A DNA stretch of 64,000 nt from a virus (Duplodnaviria > Caudoviricetes): the IMG/VR virus record IMGVR_UViG_3300032167_000006; one strand, 5' to 3'. Under the pieces are notes generated by a model. The model searched no databases. It was not told where the DNA came from and was given only the letters and a program-made list of their open reading frames with translations. Both the position numbers and the translations under genes were made by a program. Positions 11,000 to 21,360 of the stretch are shown piece by piece; within the stretch, counting starts at the first letter, position 1, and the number at the start of each line of letters is the position of its first letter.

Positions 11000-11407
11000 A
11001 TGGATAAAGATTTAATTAAATTACTTATTGAATTAGGTTTAGCTGTAGTAGCATTTATTTTAGGTAGATACATTCTTCCTAAATATAAAGGCAATATTCA
11101 AACTGCTGTATCACAGTTTGAGTTTATTTTAAAATACGCTGAATCATTCTGTGCATATGCAAGACAGTTCTTAACTACGTCTGGAGAAGAAAAGATGGAT
11201 GAAGTTGTTAAGAAATTGAAAGAATTATGTGTTAAAGAAGGTATTCAGGTAGAAGAAGAAACTTTAAGAGCTATTGCACAAAAGGCATATGACGCAATGG
11301 TAGCTGCAGAAAATAAAGCTAAGATTGTTATAGAATCACCTGCTGCAATAGAAGAAGTTAAAACCTTTGAACCTGTAGAAGCTGAAACTACTGAAGAAAA
11401 TAAATAA
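11000..11407 (+). CDS. putative holin (LL-H-like)
   Basis: single N-terminal TM; SGEEKMDEV...LRAIAQKAY pattern. Confidence 0.55.
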   Translation: MDKDLIKLLIELGLAVVAFILGRYILPKYKGNIQTAVSQFEFILKYAESFCAYARQFLTTSGEEKMDEVVKKLKELCVKEGIQVEEETLRAIAQKAYDAMVAAENKAKIVIESPAAIEEVKTFEPVEAETTEENK

Positions 11408-11412
11408 TTAAT

Positions 11413-11442
11413 TATAGGTAAGGGTTAGCGCCCTTACCTATA
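11413..11442 (+). terminator. stem-loop after holin-like genes
   Basis: TATAGGTAAGGG-ttagcg-CCCTTACCTATA. Confidence 0.75.
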
Positions 11443-11457
11443 TATTTAGGCCGGCTG

Positions 11458-11470
11458 AACATTCTTATAA
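11458..11470 (+). promoter_or_regulatory. late-promoter motif
   Basis: AACATTCTTATAA upstream of 11497. Confidence 0.7.
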
Positions 11471-11496
11471 TATTTAGATAAAGGGAGGTAATTAAT

Positions 11497-12051
11497 ATGC
11501 CGTCTTTAGATACATTGATGAGTTATCATAGACTTAAAAAAGGTCCATTAGACGATAGTGAAATTTTTTCTTCTGTAAAAGATCTTATGAACTATTGCAC
11601 TAATGGAGCTTGTTATAATGGACAACGAGTAGCTGTTGATAACGGTAATTTTATAGTTGAATATGTAATTAGAAATAATATTCCTATAATAGATATGAAG
11701 GGCTCAGAACCAATATTTAAATCTGGATTTAATTTTTCTGAAGATTCAAATACATCATATGGATTATTAGCATTTGAAGGCAAAGCAAGTAATATTATAA
11801 ATAGTAATAATTTTATTTTTGATGAAGATAACCTTAATATACTTAGTCAATTAGAGATCTTTGCTGATGATGAAGAAAATATTAAATTTGCTATAAATGT
11901 AGGTAGCGACACTACATATATTAATCAAAGTACAGCTATTACTATAGATGAAATTATACAACTATTATCTAATGAATTGACTAATATTGCTGATTTATCA
12001 GTGAAAATTTATGTTAAAGCACAAGATTATTATAATGCTTTAAATAACTAA
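11497..12051 (+). CDS. fibre-associated protein with N-terminal PLD motif
   Basis: GPLDDSE...YNGQRV, similar to N-termini of 28454 and 40729. Confidence 0.5.
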   Translation: MPSLDTLMSYHRLKKGPLDDSEIFSSVKDLMNYCTNGACYNGQRVAVDNGNFIVEYVIRNNIPIIDMKGSEPIFKSGFNFSEDSNTSYGLLAFEGKASNIINSNNFIFDEDNLNILSQLEIFADDEENIKFAINVGSDTTYINQSTAITIDEIIQLLSNELTNIADLSVKIYVKAQDYYNALNN

Positions 12052-12070
12052 ATGAGAGGAGTGAATAAAT

Positions 12071-12604
12071 ATGGCAGAATATAATCTCGGTCCTTTTAGA
12101 ATTAGGCCTAGAGGTGAATATAAAAGTGACGAAACTTATAAATATCTTGATGTAGTATCATATAATGGTGGATCATATTTATGCACTAATAATGATATTA
12201 TAGATGATATAGGATGTACAGGAGTAGAACCTACCAATTCTGCATACTGGATGCAACTTGCAAGCAAAGGTGAAACTGGTAAGTACGAAATAATGTATCA
12301 TACTATAAAGAATTTAAATGAATTTAAAGATAGTGTATGGGATTTTAATGAAACAGATAAAATATATATAAATAATGATTTTACTGATATATTGGAAATT
12401 ATAAATGTAAAACCTGGATATTGCGGTGCTATATTAACAAAAAATCGCAATTTAAAATTACCAATTAATAGTAATTTTTCAATGGATTTTAATTATGTAA
12501 ATATAGTTGATGAAAATCAATATTATTTATATACATTTATATATGCAGATATGGGCGCTGGAGAAAAATTTATATGGAATAGGACTGTGATAAACAATGA
12601 ATAG
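12071..12604 (+). CDS. tail-fibre protein with carbohydrate-binding-like N-terminal module
   Basis: GEY...YKYLDVVSYNGGSYLC...PTNSAYW..LASKG. Confidence 0.55.
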   Translation: MAEYNLGPFRIRPRGEYKSDETYKYLDVVSYNGGSYLCTNNDIIDDIGCTGVEPTNSAYWMQLASKGETGKYEIMYHTIKNLNEFKDSVWDFNETDKIYINNDFTDILEIINVKPGYCGAILTKNRNLKLPINSNFSMDFNYVNIVDENQYYLYTFIYADMGAGEKFIWNRTVINNE

Positions 12605-13670
12605 TCAAAGTATATATATGGATTCATTGAATCTACTTCATTTAAATAATCACACTCCAGTAAATAGAATATGTGATATTCATAAAAATCATAATGATTT
12701 TGTTAAAGATTTACAATATACAATAGGCAAACCAATATATAATATGGATGCCGGATTATATAAAATAATATTTGATGGTATTGAATATATTATTGATGTA
12801 TATTTTAAATTAACAGAATCTAATTTTCTTATGATTAATAGTAAATATGATATCACTATTTATGTAGCTGGAAATCCATATCCTGTAATACCATATAAAA
12901 TTAATAGTACTAATAATGGATCTTCTTATGAGATAAATACTGTTAATAGTGATATTGATACAGTTGTTATAAGTGGTGCTGAAAAAAGAATAGAATACCT
13001 TACATTCAGAAGTCAGCATGGTTCTGATAATGATATTGTAGAGATTCCATTAAAGTATTCTCTTGGTAAATTAAAAAATGGTCTTACAGATTATTTTATT
13101 ATTAATACAGCACAGCAAACTGCCCATATAATATTAAATACTTATAAAGAAATGCTAACTAATGGATTAGATTATAATTACGTTGAAGAGCTTTCTGATA
13201 GAGTAGAAGCTAATACAAAAGATTATTATATATTCTTTATAAATCGTCAGATTATTAAAATAAGTGGTGATATTTACTGTACTGATTTTAAACCTACTAC
13301 TTATAATAAGCTCATTAGTAATGAGACTATTACTGAAAATTATATTGCAACTGGAACTTATTTAAACAATAATGGTATATGGTTAAAAATAAAAAAATCA
13401 TTATTTAATATTACTGATAAAGAATTGGAATATAATGGCACTGATATTATTGTTAATAGATTTAGAAAATGGATTAAAGGAAGAATGCAATCTAATCCAA
13501 TTTATGTAGAATATGAATTATCTAATACTATTTTTAGCACAATTCTTATAGATGATTACCATATTAAAACATGGTATCCTAATACAACAATCTCATTAGA
13601 AAATAATTATGATTTTTCTATTTTTTATAAATCTCTAAAATCTGGAGGTGAAAATAATGCATTGGAATAA
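12597..13670 (+). CDS. hypothetical structural protein
   Basis: 357-aa ORF overlapping both neighbours in a late operon. Confidence 0.6.
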   Translation: MNSQSIYMDSLNLLHLNNHTPVNRICDIHKNHNDFVKDLQYTIGKPIYNMDAGLYKIIFDGIEYIIDVYFKLTESNFLMINSKYDITIYVAGNPYPVIPYKINSTNNGSSYEINTVNSDIDTVVISGAEKRIEYLTFRSQHGSDNDIVEIPLKYSLGKLKNGLTDYFIINTAQQTAHIILNTYKEMLTNGLDYNYVEELSDRVEANTKDYYIFFINRQIIKISGDIYCTDFKPTTYNKLISNETITENYIATGTYLNNNGIWLKIKKSLFNITDKELEYNGTDIIVNRFRKWIKGRMQSNPIYVEYELSNTIFSTILIDDYHIKTWYPNTTISLENNYDFSIFYKSLKSGGENNALE

Positions 13671-15000
13671 TGGACGATTTCATGGCGTTGTTACAATACA
13701 AGATACATTAAATATAACAGATAATAGATATAATGCTATTACATATAAAGATGATATTACAAAACATGGCGTAGAAGGTGTTTGTACAGGAACTATTTTT
13801 GGAAATTATGATTGCACTGATAGTTATCTAGTTGGTTTAGGTGCAATTATTGCATCAAAAAATAATAAAACAGACTCACAAACTTCTAGATATATATCTC
13901 TTGATAAAAATAATGGCATAGCAATTACAAACTTGTATGCAGGTACAAACGCTGATGTGAATAAAAATATTTATATGAGAAGTAATTCTGGCTTTATACA
14001 TCTTGCCGGCCAAAGTATTATAATAAATGATATCTGTAAATTGCGCAATGATTTAATAACAGAAGCAAATAAAATTGCTATTACTCATGATTATACTAGC
14101 ACTACTTTTGGCGATGATTCAATTATCACTAATATTAATGGATCTAATGTAAATATTGCCGGTGATACCACTGTTACCGGTGATTACATATATCTTAATA
14201 AATCAGGAACAGAAAATTCAACTTATATCAAACTTGGTACTGACGCGATAGATGGTGCAAGCGATGGTATCGATATATCTACTAATGCGAATGAAAATAT
14301 TCGTATTCAAAGTGGAAATAATATTAATTTAATGACAGATGGTGGACTAGTCAATATATCAAACAAAGCAATATCAAGCACCGATGAACATATAGCTATT
14401 AATCTTTATAAGAATTCAACTACTGATGCTGTAGTTACGACGTATGGTAATTACACTTCAGATGCTACTCGTCTTGCAGGTATTAATACAGGGCTTGTAT
14501 CAAAAAATACAGCTACTGATGAAAATAATATTAGAAATATAATACTTAATCAAGATAATGGTATATCTATTATAAATAACGCACCAAGTGATGATACAAC
14601 GTCAAATAAAAATATTTATATCGCTAGTAAAGCAGGTATTGCAAGTATTTCCAGCGGAGAATATGAAACTACTATTGATAATGGCGATGGCACTACTAGT
14701 ATTATAACCAATCCTAAAAGACGTATTAGATTGGGTGACGGGGTGGCAGGAACAGAAAAAAATGGTATAGGTATTGTCACATATGATGATAACGAGCATA
14801 TCACCATTAATAGTTCTAAAGGTACTTTAATCCTTGCAGGAAATAGCGGTGTTACTATTTCTGGCGGCGTAACAATTAATGGTAATGCTACATTAAATGA
14901 TAGCTTAATAATTACATCTGATATATATGGGACAGATGATCCTTCAACCGCTATTACCAACCCAGTTGCTGGACAGCTTTATTTTAAAATTATTTCTTAA
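13657..15000 (+). CDS. beta-rich fibre/spike protein with internal duplication
   Basis: start moved to ATG 13657 (GGAGGTG RBS); two copies of NGIxIxN...NKNIY; ends YGTDDP...GQLYFKI. Confidence 0.6.
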   Translation: MHWNNGRFHGVVTIQDTLNITDNRYNAITYKDDITKHGVEGVCTGTIFGNYDCTDSYLVGLGAIIASKNNKTDSQTSRYISLDKNNGIAITNLYAGTNADVNKNIYMRSNSGFIHLAGQSIIINDICKLRNDLITEANKIAITHDYTSTTFGDDSIITNINGSNVNIAGDTTVTGDYIYLNKSGTENSTYIKLGTDAIDGASDGIDISTNANENIRIQSGNNINLMTDGGLVNISNKAISSTDEHIAINLYKNSTTDAVVTTYGNYTSDATRLAGINTGLVSKNTATDENNIRNIILNQDNGISIINNAPSDDTTSNKNIYIASKAGIASISSGEYETTIDNGDGTTSIITNPKRRIRLGDGVAGTEKNGIGIVTYDDNEHITINSSKGTLILAGNSGVTISGGVTINGNATLNDSLIITSDIYGTDDPSTAITNPVAGQLYFKIIS

Positions 15001-15034
15001 TATTTAAAATTTTATATTAAGGAGGTGAGATAGT

Positions 15035-17419
15035 ATGGGATATTATTATTTAACAGGTGATGAAAATAAAATATATAATAGGGATCCAGCAATAAAAGAT
15101 GCCGGTTCTGCCGTATATACTCAACTTAAATTTCAGAATGGCGTTTTATATAATTCATCAAATGCAGCTATATCGAATAATACTATAAATATAACTCATG
15201 AAGGCAATAATTTCCCAATTACAATTGCAGTAGCTGCAAATGGAGTACTGACTATTACTTTTAATACTACAAGCAATAAATATTTTGGTGCTGAATATAA
15301 TACTAATACAGGTGAATGGGCTTTATCTGGCGCTGTTGGTTATGAAATTGTAGGCGGTAATGGGACTAGAACAACTGAAGTAAAAACATTTTACTTTAAT
15401 AATTACGGTTATAGTTATTCAGGAACAGGATCAAGAAGTTTTACTGTAAATTTAAATAACTATACTTCCCCTATAAAACTTAGGCTTTTATGTAACTTAT
15501 GCGATGGTTATGGTTTCGATGGAACTATACACCCATCTCAATCATTTGTTACGTTAGATACAGGTGGAGGAGCCACTGCAACATGGGAAATTAGTACACA
15601 TGAACATGTAAGCGCACCTGGTGTAAAATGTAATGATAGAACCAGTACAAGTATTACAGTTGGTGGTGGTACACATGTAAGAATGGTAAATAGTGATGGT
15701 GCTAATATTACTGGATATGATTGGGTCCCATCACCTAATACGTATACAGGATTGAAACCTTCTACGAGTTATTATTTTAAAACAGGCAATTCTTGCGATT
15801 GTGGTTCTTATATGGCAGTAAGTGGCCATGAACGAATATCAACCTTACCAGCTACACCATATTCTGAAGATACCACTCAGCACACAATAGAATTAGCTAC
15901 TGGAAGAAATAATTATGTAAGAATGACAAATGCTAAAGGAAATACTGGTGATTGGGTTAAAGCTCCATATTTTTTTGAAGGTTTGGATGAATATAAAACA
16001 TATTACTTTCAAGCTGGAGATTATTATGATGGATATGGTTACCTTGCTAGTGACGTTATACCTATAACAACTTTAGCTCATAAAGCAGTAGGAGTTCCTA
16101 CTTTTTCTAATGTAAAAACCAAAACTATGACTATTACTGCTGGTGCTAATGGTACGTATGTAAAACGTGCAAATGCAGATGGTACTGAAATGGCAAATTG
16201 TAGTTGGCAAGCATCGCCATTTACTTATGATCAATTTGAGCCTAAAACAACTTATTATTTTATTTCTGGTTATAAGTGTAATGGGTGTGGAAAAATGATA
16301 AAAAGTGGGGTATCACATACTACTACAAAAGAAAGATTTACAGTAAATGATTGTAGTGATAAAGCATCCGTTTCAGCAACAACTTTAAAAGTTATACAAA
16401 CTTGGAATGAAAAAGGATCAGAAGGAATATCATGTAAAATTACATGTAATAATAAAGAAAAAACAATATCTACTAATGGTGGTTATGCTGTATTTACAGG
16501 TTTAACTGCAGGTGGTACATATACAGTTAGCTATACAGTTACAGATGATGAAGGTAATACTTCTACAGGAAGTTATAATAAAACAACTAAGAAAGCATTT
16601 ATTAATAATGATGCCGCACATCCCATAACTAAAACATCTAGAATTATTAGATTTTCTGGTAACTCTAATTATAGCAGTGACACAATGCAACTTGCTATAG
16701 ATGATAAAGATTGGGTGAATGTGAATCAAAATACAACAACTGCAGCGTTGGATGGATTAACTCATAATACCAATCATACTTTAAAATGTAGAATAAAAGA
16801 TTGTTATGCATATACTGATAAGGGTTTATTATCATCAATTAATGATAGTAATATTGATACGCTAACAATTAAAACCCACGAATTAACATTAATAGGATCT
16901 GTTATTGAACAACATCAACATTCATTAATTACATCATGGCAAGCTAAAGTTAATGGAGCTAATACGGATAAAGATGCTATAGACGGTACTTTATTTACTT
17001 TTGGAACTTTAACTACTACTGCATCATCGGCGACTGACTATCAAACTCCCAACGATAATAATGTCAGTCAACATTTAACAAGTAATCCAGCAACAACTGG
17101 AGTTTACTGGAGCTATAATGCAGATAAAAAAGAATATGAGTTAGATAGAAATATATATTCTAACAATCTTAAATGGTATTATTGTAAATATACCATTACA
17201 GCAAATATAACAGATGGATATAATACAGTGGCTGGTACTGTTGATGGATATACTACATTTCCATATTCTATAATATATGATGAAGTAACAAAAGAAGATG
17301 GTACAAAAACAATAGGACCTAAAAAAGCGATACCTTATATTTATAATGGATCTAATTGGGTTCCTGCGGTTGCCTTTGTTCATAATGGAACTAAATTTAA
17401 AGAATCTAACGGAGAGTAG
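15035..17419 (+). CDS. FN3/Ig-like repeat fibre or adhesin
   Basis: repeats W..SP.TY.GL.P.T.YYF; FTGLTAGGTYTV; C-terminal PYIYNGSNW. Confidence 0.6.
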   Translation: MGYYYLTGDENKIYNRDPAIKDAGSAVYTQLKFQNGVLYNSSNAAISNNTINITHEGNNFPITIAVAANGVLTITFNTTSNKYFGAEYNTNTGEWALSGAVGYEIVGGNGTRTTEVKTFYFNNYGYSYSGTGSRSFTVNLNNYTSPIKLRLLCNLCDGYGFDGTIHPSQSFVTLDTGGGATATWEISTHEHVSAPGVKCNDRTSTSITVGGGTHVRMVNSDGANITGYDWVPSPNTYTGLKPSTSYYFKTGNSCDCGSYMAVSGHERISTLPATPYSEDTTQHTIELATGRNNYVRMTNAKGNTGDWVKAPYFFEGLDEYKTYYFQAGDYYDGYGYLASDVIPITTLAHKAVGVPTFSNVKTKTMTITAGANGTYVKRANADGTEMANCSWQASPFTYDQFEPKTTYYFISGYKCNGCGKMIKSGVSHTTTKERFTVNDCSDKASVSATTLKVIQTWNEKGSEGISCKITCNNKEKTISTNGGYAVFTGLTAGGTYTVSYTVTDDEGNTSTGSYNKTTKKAFINNDAAHPITKTSRIIRFSGNSNYSSDTMQLAIDDKDWVNVNQNTTTAALDGLTHNTNHTLKCRIKDCYAYTDKGLLSSINDSNIDTLTIKTHELTLIGSVIEQHQHSLITSWQAKVNGANTDKDAIDGTLFTFGTLTTTASSATDYQTPNDNNVSQHLTSNPATTGVYWSYNADKKEYELDRNIYSNNLKWYYCKYTITANITDGYNTVAGTVDGYTTFPYSIIYDEVTKEDGTKTIGPKKAIPYIYNGSNWVPAVAFVHNGTKFKESNGE

Positions 17420-17434
17420 AAATACTCTCCGTTA
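17407..17434 (+). terminator. stem-loop overlapping a stop codon
   Basis: TAACGGAGAGTA-GAAA-TACTCTCCGTTA. Confidence 0.75.
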
Positions 17435-17467
17435 ATTTTACGCGAATATGAGATGCTTTTACGGAGC

Positions 17468-17480
17468 AACATTATAGTAA
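17468..17480 (+). promoter_or_regulatory. late-promoter motif
   Basis: AACATTATAGTAA upstream of 17516. Confidence 0.7.
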
Positions 17481-17515
17481 ATTAAATATTACGTATTCTA
17501 GGGAGGAGGCAATTT

Positions 17516-18247
17516 ATGGATACAAATGCCCTTATAATATTATTGGTATCATTATTTATTATAGCTATAATAACAATAGCTGCAGCAGTGTTAGTTATTG
17601 CATCAAATAGAAAACTTATAACTACAAGTAATAGTAATAAGCAAGAACGCGAAACATTAAAAGCTCTAGCAGAACGAATAGTAGATAATTCTAATACAGA
17701 TAAAAATAATCCTGGAAAGACATTTATGAATACCATGGTCAAACTTAGAACTGCTACTAAAGAAAATTGTATAGCTGCAATGAATGAAATAGATGCAGCA
17801 AGAATTGCAATATATCTTTTTCATAATGGTACTAAATCAACTCATGGTATGCATTTCTTTAAAATGTCATGCATGTGTGAAAAGGTAGCTATCGGCAGTG
17901 GTGTTAGAGAGCGTATGATGGAGCATACAAATATTCCTATAAATTTATTTGACGAAATGTTCGAAAAGCTCAATACTTATAATAGATATATTATCATGAA
18001 TGATAAAAATGTTAATGATACTAGTCATAAAATCTTTATCTCTGCAGAAAAAATAAATTATGTGCAGCTTATTGCTATCTATGATATTGATAATAATATG
18101 CTTGGATTTATTTCTGCTGAAATGAGCACATCGTATTCAAAAGAAAGCGCCGATGAAGAAAAGAAAGTGCTTGATGGATTGTCTAAGCAGTTAACCCCTG
18201 TATTATCATTCTCAGAATATTTTAATGACCCATCTGTTACAATGTAA
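17516..18247 (+). CDS. N-terminal TM plus GAF-like domain protein (possible holin-T-like)
   Basis: hydrophobic N-terminus; RIAIYLFHNG...KMSCMCEKV...LGFISAE; own late motif and hairpin. Confidence 0.4.
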   Translation: MDTNALIILLVSLFIIAIITIAAAVLVIASNRKLITTSNSNKQERETLKALAERIVDNSNTDKNNPGKTFMNTMVKLRTATKENCIAAMNEIDAARIAIYLFHNGTKSTHGMHFFKMSCMCEKVAIGSGVRERMMEHTNIPINLFDEMFEKLNTYNRYIIMNDKNVNDTSHKIFISAEKINYVQLIAIYDIDNNMLGFISAEMSTSYSKESADEEKKVLDGLSKQLTPVLSFSEYFNDPSVTM

Positions 18248-18253
18248 TATTTT

Positions 18254-18278
18254 CAGCATGAGCGTTTTGCTCATGCTG
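18254..18278 (+). terminator. stem-loop after 17516..18247
   Basis: CAGCATGAGC-gtttt-GCTCATGCTG. Confidence 0.7.
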
Positions 18279-18295
18279 TATATTATTGTGAATTT

Positions 18296-18308
18296 GACAT
18301 TTTAATAA
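18296..18308 (+). promoter_or_regulatory. late-promoter motif
   Basis: GACATTTTAATAA upstream of 18331. Confidence 0.7.
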
Positions 18309-18330
18309 AATATTTAGGAGGTTTCAAATT

Positions 18331-19521
18331 ATGTCTAAAATTTATTCTATAAATAATGAAGAAGTCCCTTCAATCGAATATATATCAGAAATAGTTAAAA
18401 TGATTAGTGATGAGATTAAAACTCTCAATACAAATTTCAATGGATTTCCATCTATCAAAACTAATACAGAACAAATAAAAATAGATACTATAGAAAAACA
18501 AGATATAAATGCGTCATCTATTAAAACTGATCCTAGACATAGATTTATTAATGAAGCACTGTTGACCACATTTGTTAATAAACCGTCTAATTTTGAAATA
18601 GAACAATCTTTAGATGCAGTAAAGCAAGAGTTAAGAGAAGAGATTGAAAAGTCTTATATGAGAATTATAAATACTCCTAATGCTATTATTAAGCTTAGAG
18701 ATATTTATACTATATTGAATAATGAAAATGCTATAAATGGTTTATTAGATACATTATCTTATAAAGTAACTATGGAAGATTTTAAAGAGCATAAAGATTC
18801 TTACGTTCATTTAAATAATAATGATCGTAAAGCACTTAATATTCTTCTTAAATGTGTTACAAATAATTTTGCAGATTGGAATGCAAAAGATGATGAAGTA
18901 AATGCTATAAAAAATAAACCAACCTCATTACCTGCAAATGGTGGTAATGCAGATACTATAGCAAATCATGGCATTAAAGAAGTAATCAATAGAGATGATG
19001 ATGATTTAGTTGTTGGTGTATTTGGTTCAAATTATAGTAGTGATACATGTGATATTTATACTACAACTGGAGAGATTGATTCTGACTTATTTGCATCAGA
19101 ATTATCTAATATCAATGGTGGTACTGTATTATTTAAGAAAGGATCGTATAGTATTGCTGATGTATATGCTCAATTCAATAAAAAAGAGCCTATTATATTT
19201 AGAGGTGTTAATTATAAATTATCAACTTTAGCTGTAAATGATTTAGTGATGAATAATACTACATTTAAAGATATTAAGATTAAAGATTCAAAAAGTGTTG
19301 TTATTGAATCTGAAGTAGATTTAGAAAATGTAATATTTGAAAATTGTAATATCATGATTAACAAATCAAATTGCTGCAATATTAAAAATTGTATATTTAA
19401 CAATTGTAGTATTACAATACAAGGACCTATTACAAATAATATTATAAAATGTAATAGATATATTTATACTGCCCCTATAAAATATTTAGGTGGAAATAAT
19501 ATAATAACAGAAAATTTATAA
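18331..19521 (+). CDS. fibre/spike-like protein with C-terminal beta-helix
   Basis: ADWN...IKNKP, NGGNADT motifs; I/F-x-N-C repeats at C-terminus. Confidence 0.55.
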   Translation: MSKIYSINNEEVPSIEYISEIVKMISDEIKTLNTNFNGFPSIKTNTEQIKIDTIEKQDINASSIKTDPRHRFINEALLTTFVNKPSNFEIEQSLDAVKQELREEIEKSYMRIINTPNAIIKLRDIYTILNNENAINGLLDTLSYKVTMEDFKEHKDSYVHLNNNDRKALNILLKCVTNNFADWNAKDDEVNAIKNKPTSLPANGGNADTIANHGIKEVINRDDDDLVVGVFGSNYSSDTCDIYTTTGEIDSDLFASELSNINGGTVLFKKGSYSIADVYAQFNKKEPIIFRGVNYKLSTLAVNDLVMNNTTFKDIKIKDSKSVVIESEVDLENVIFENCNIMINKSNCCNIKNCIFNNCSITIQGPITNNIIKCNRYIYTAPIKYLGGNNIITENL

Positions 19522-19531
19522 ACAATAGATA

Positions 19532-19557
19532 TCCGATAGGGTTTACACCCTATCGGA
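19532..19557. terminator. bidirectional stem-loop overlapping a stop codon
   Basis: TCCGATAGGGT-ttac-ACCCTATCGGA. Confidence 0.75.
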
Positions 19558-20856
19558 ATTCTTATCCAATTCTTTAATTAAAATAATTGTATCATTTACA
19601 TACTTCATATCTACATATATACCTATAACGGTTCTTTCATTTACTATGCCATCTTCAATATGAGCAACCATTTTGCTCCAATCCATTTCATATTTAAGAT
19701 GCTGAGAATTATTAAACATAATAAAATTAAGGAACACTGCAGGGCATATTGCAATTCTTTGAGTATAATCAAGTACCATTCCAATTTCTGTTCCAGCAAA
19801 TAATTCTTTAAAATCAATATCTAATGGTTTCTTCAAATCAGTTTCATCTACAGCATATTCTGTTGATGTTAATAAAGCCCAATGATTTTGATCTTCTTCT
19901 GGTATAGTTGTTAATGAAGCTTGCATTATAGTTATAGCTGCATCATTAATACTAGGACCTGGAGTTAAGTATTTATGCTCACATCTTTCAGAATAATATG
20001 TATAACAATGTGGTGCTGTCATTTCAACTTCAACTGGAAATTCTATATTATAATTAGTTGTAATAGAATTATTTCTTTCACCATCATCCATAGAAGGCAT
20101 CTCACTCTTAATATGAACAACACAATTTGGCACTCTAATAAAATATTCATTATTGCCAGTTGTACAACGAAGTTTATACATAAATGGTATTAATGAAAAT
20201 CTATTAAGATAATTTAATACTTCTATAGGATTCTTAGGATTTCCGCTTTCAGTCAATTCAAATCCATTATCAAAAGCAATCTGTTTTATTATATCCTTTG
20301 GTACATGAATGTCCATATCTTTATTAAGAGTTTCTGTCCATCCAGCTCTATGTTTAACTTTAATAAATTCCATCATATCAAGCTGTTGTCCACGAGTATT
20401 TAATCTTATTTTATATGTGAAATTCATCTTAATAGTTTTAAATAATAATTGTAAATGCAATCCTTTATTATGTTGCACATCACTAAAGAATGTACCTTCA
20501 AAACGTGAGCGTCTTAACAATGTAGGTATTTCAGGATTACTATCTATCCATTCTCTATTATAAGAAGGATCAATATTTGGAACTATTGCTAATAATGGAT
20601 TGGTTCTTTTCATTTTTTGATCCATAGTTGATAATTTTCTAAACTCATCAAAACTATGAGTGCCATCAACATATACCGAATTAAAATATTTTTCTGGATA
20701 TTTATCTAAAAACCACTGTAACATAACCTCTGTACATACAGCAAATGCTTGTTGTTGAGATGGTAATATAACACTGGTTCTCATTAATCTAGGAGTCTTT
20801 TTAGTATATGCTTCATATGGATTAAACGGTCTTAAATTTTTATGTTGTAAAGCCAT
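19543..20856 (-). CDS. conserved late (virion) protein
   Basis: 437 aa, late motif upstream, AAGGAGG RBS. Confidence 0.55.
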   Translation of the reverse strand: MALQHKNLRPFNPYEAYTKKTPRLMRTSVILPSQQQAFAVCTEVMLQWFLDKYPEKYFNSVYVDGTHSFDEFRKLSTMDQKMKRTNPLLAIVPNIDPSYNREWIDSNPEIPTLLRRSRFEGTFFSDVQHNKGLHLQLLFKTIKMNFTYKIRLNTRGQQLDMMEFIKVKHRAGWTETLNKDMDIHVPKDIIKQIAFDNGFELTESGNPKNPIEVLNYLNRFSLIPFMYKLRCTTGNNEYFIRVPNCVVHIKSEMPSMDDGERNNSITTNYNIEFPVEVEMTAPHCYTYYSERCEHKYLTPGPSINDAAITIMQASLTTIPEEDQNHWALLTSTEYAVDETDLKKPLDIDFKELFAGTEIGMVLDYTQRIAICPAVFLNFIMFNNSQHLKYEMDWSKMVAHIEDGIVNERTVIGIYVDMKYVNDTIILIKELDKNSDRV

Positions 20857-20882
20857 AAAAGATCCCTCCTTATTTAAATTTA

Positions 20883-20895
20883 TTATTTCAATGTC
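20883..20895 (-). promoter_or_regulatory. late-promoter motif
   Basis: GACATTGAAATAA (minus) upstream of 20856. Confidence 0.7.
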
Positions 20896-20927
20896 AAGCC
20901 AAAAAAATAATAATAGTAAGGCGAAAT

Positions 20928-20954
20928 AAGAGGTAGACTATTTATCTACCTCTT
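20928..20954 (-). terminator. stem-loop overlapping a stop codon
   Basis: AAGAGGTAGA-ctattta-TCTACCTCTT. Confidence 0.65.
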
Positions 20955-21351
20955 TATCGCATTCAGATTTAAGTAAATTTAATAAAGCATCATAACAAGC
21001 TTGTATAATCATTATTTTACAGCAGTTAAGTGTTTTACCATTAGAACGATTACCAAATAGTACTTTATTTACTTCTGTCTGATAGCATGCAAAATTATCA
21101 ATAGCATATTTAAGATCATTTAGAGCAAGTTCAGATTTATCCATAGCATGATAATAAAGTTTTAAGTGATTTTTAATATAATCAATTTGAGCTTCATAGA
21201 TATCATCAAAGTATTCTCTTAATATAGATCTAAAATAATTATATCTATTACCAGTTATTGCAGACGCAATATCTATTGATTGTATGCATGCATTTTTTAC
21301 TATGGTTCGCATATGATCAATTATAAATGATATAGATTCTATAGTAAACAT
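20938..21351 (-). CDS. hypothetical protein
   Basis: ORF with GAGG RBS in minus-strand run. Confidence 0.65.
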   Translation of the reverse strand: MFTIESISFIIDHMRTIVKNACIQSIDIASAITGNRYNYFRSILREYFDDIYEAQIDYIKNHLKLYYHAMDKSELALNDLKYAIDNFACYQTEVNKVLFGNRSNGKTLNCCKIMIIQACYDALLNLLKSECDKEVDK

Positions 21352-21360
21352 AAATACCTC

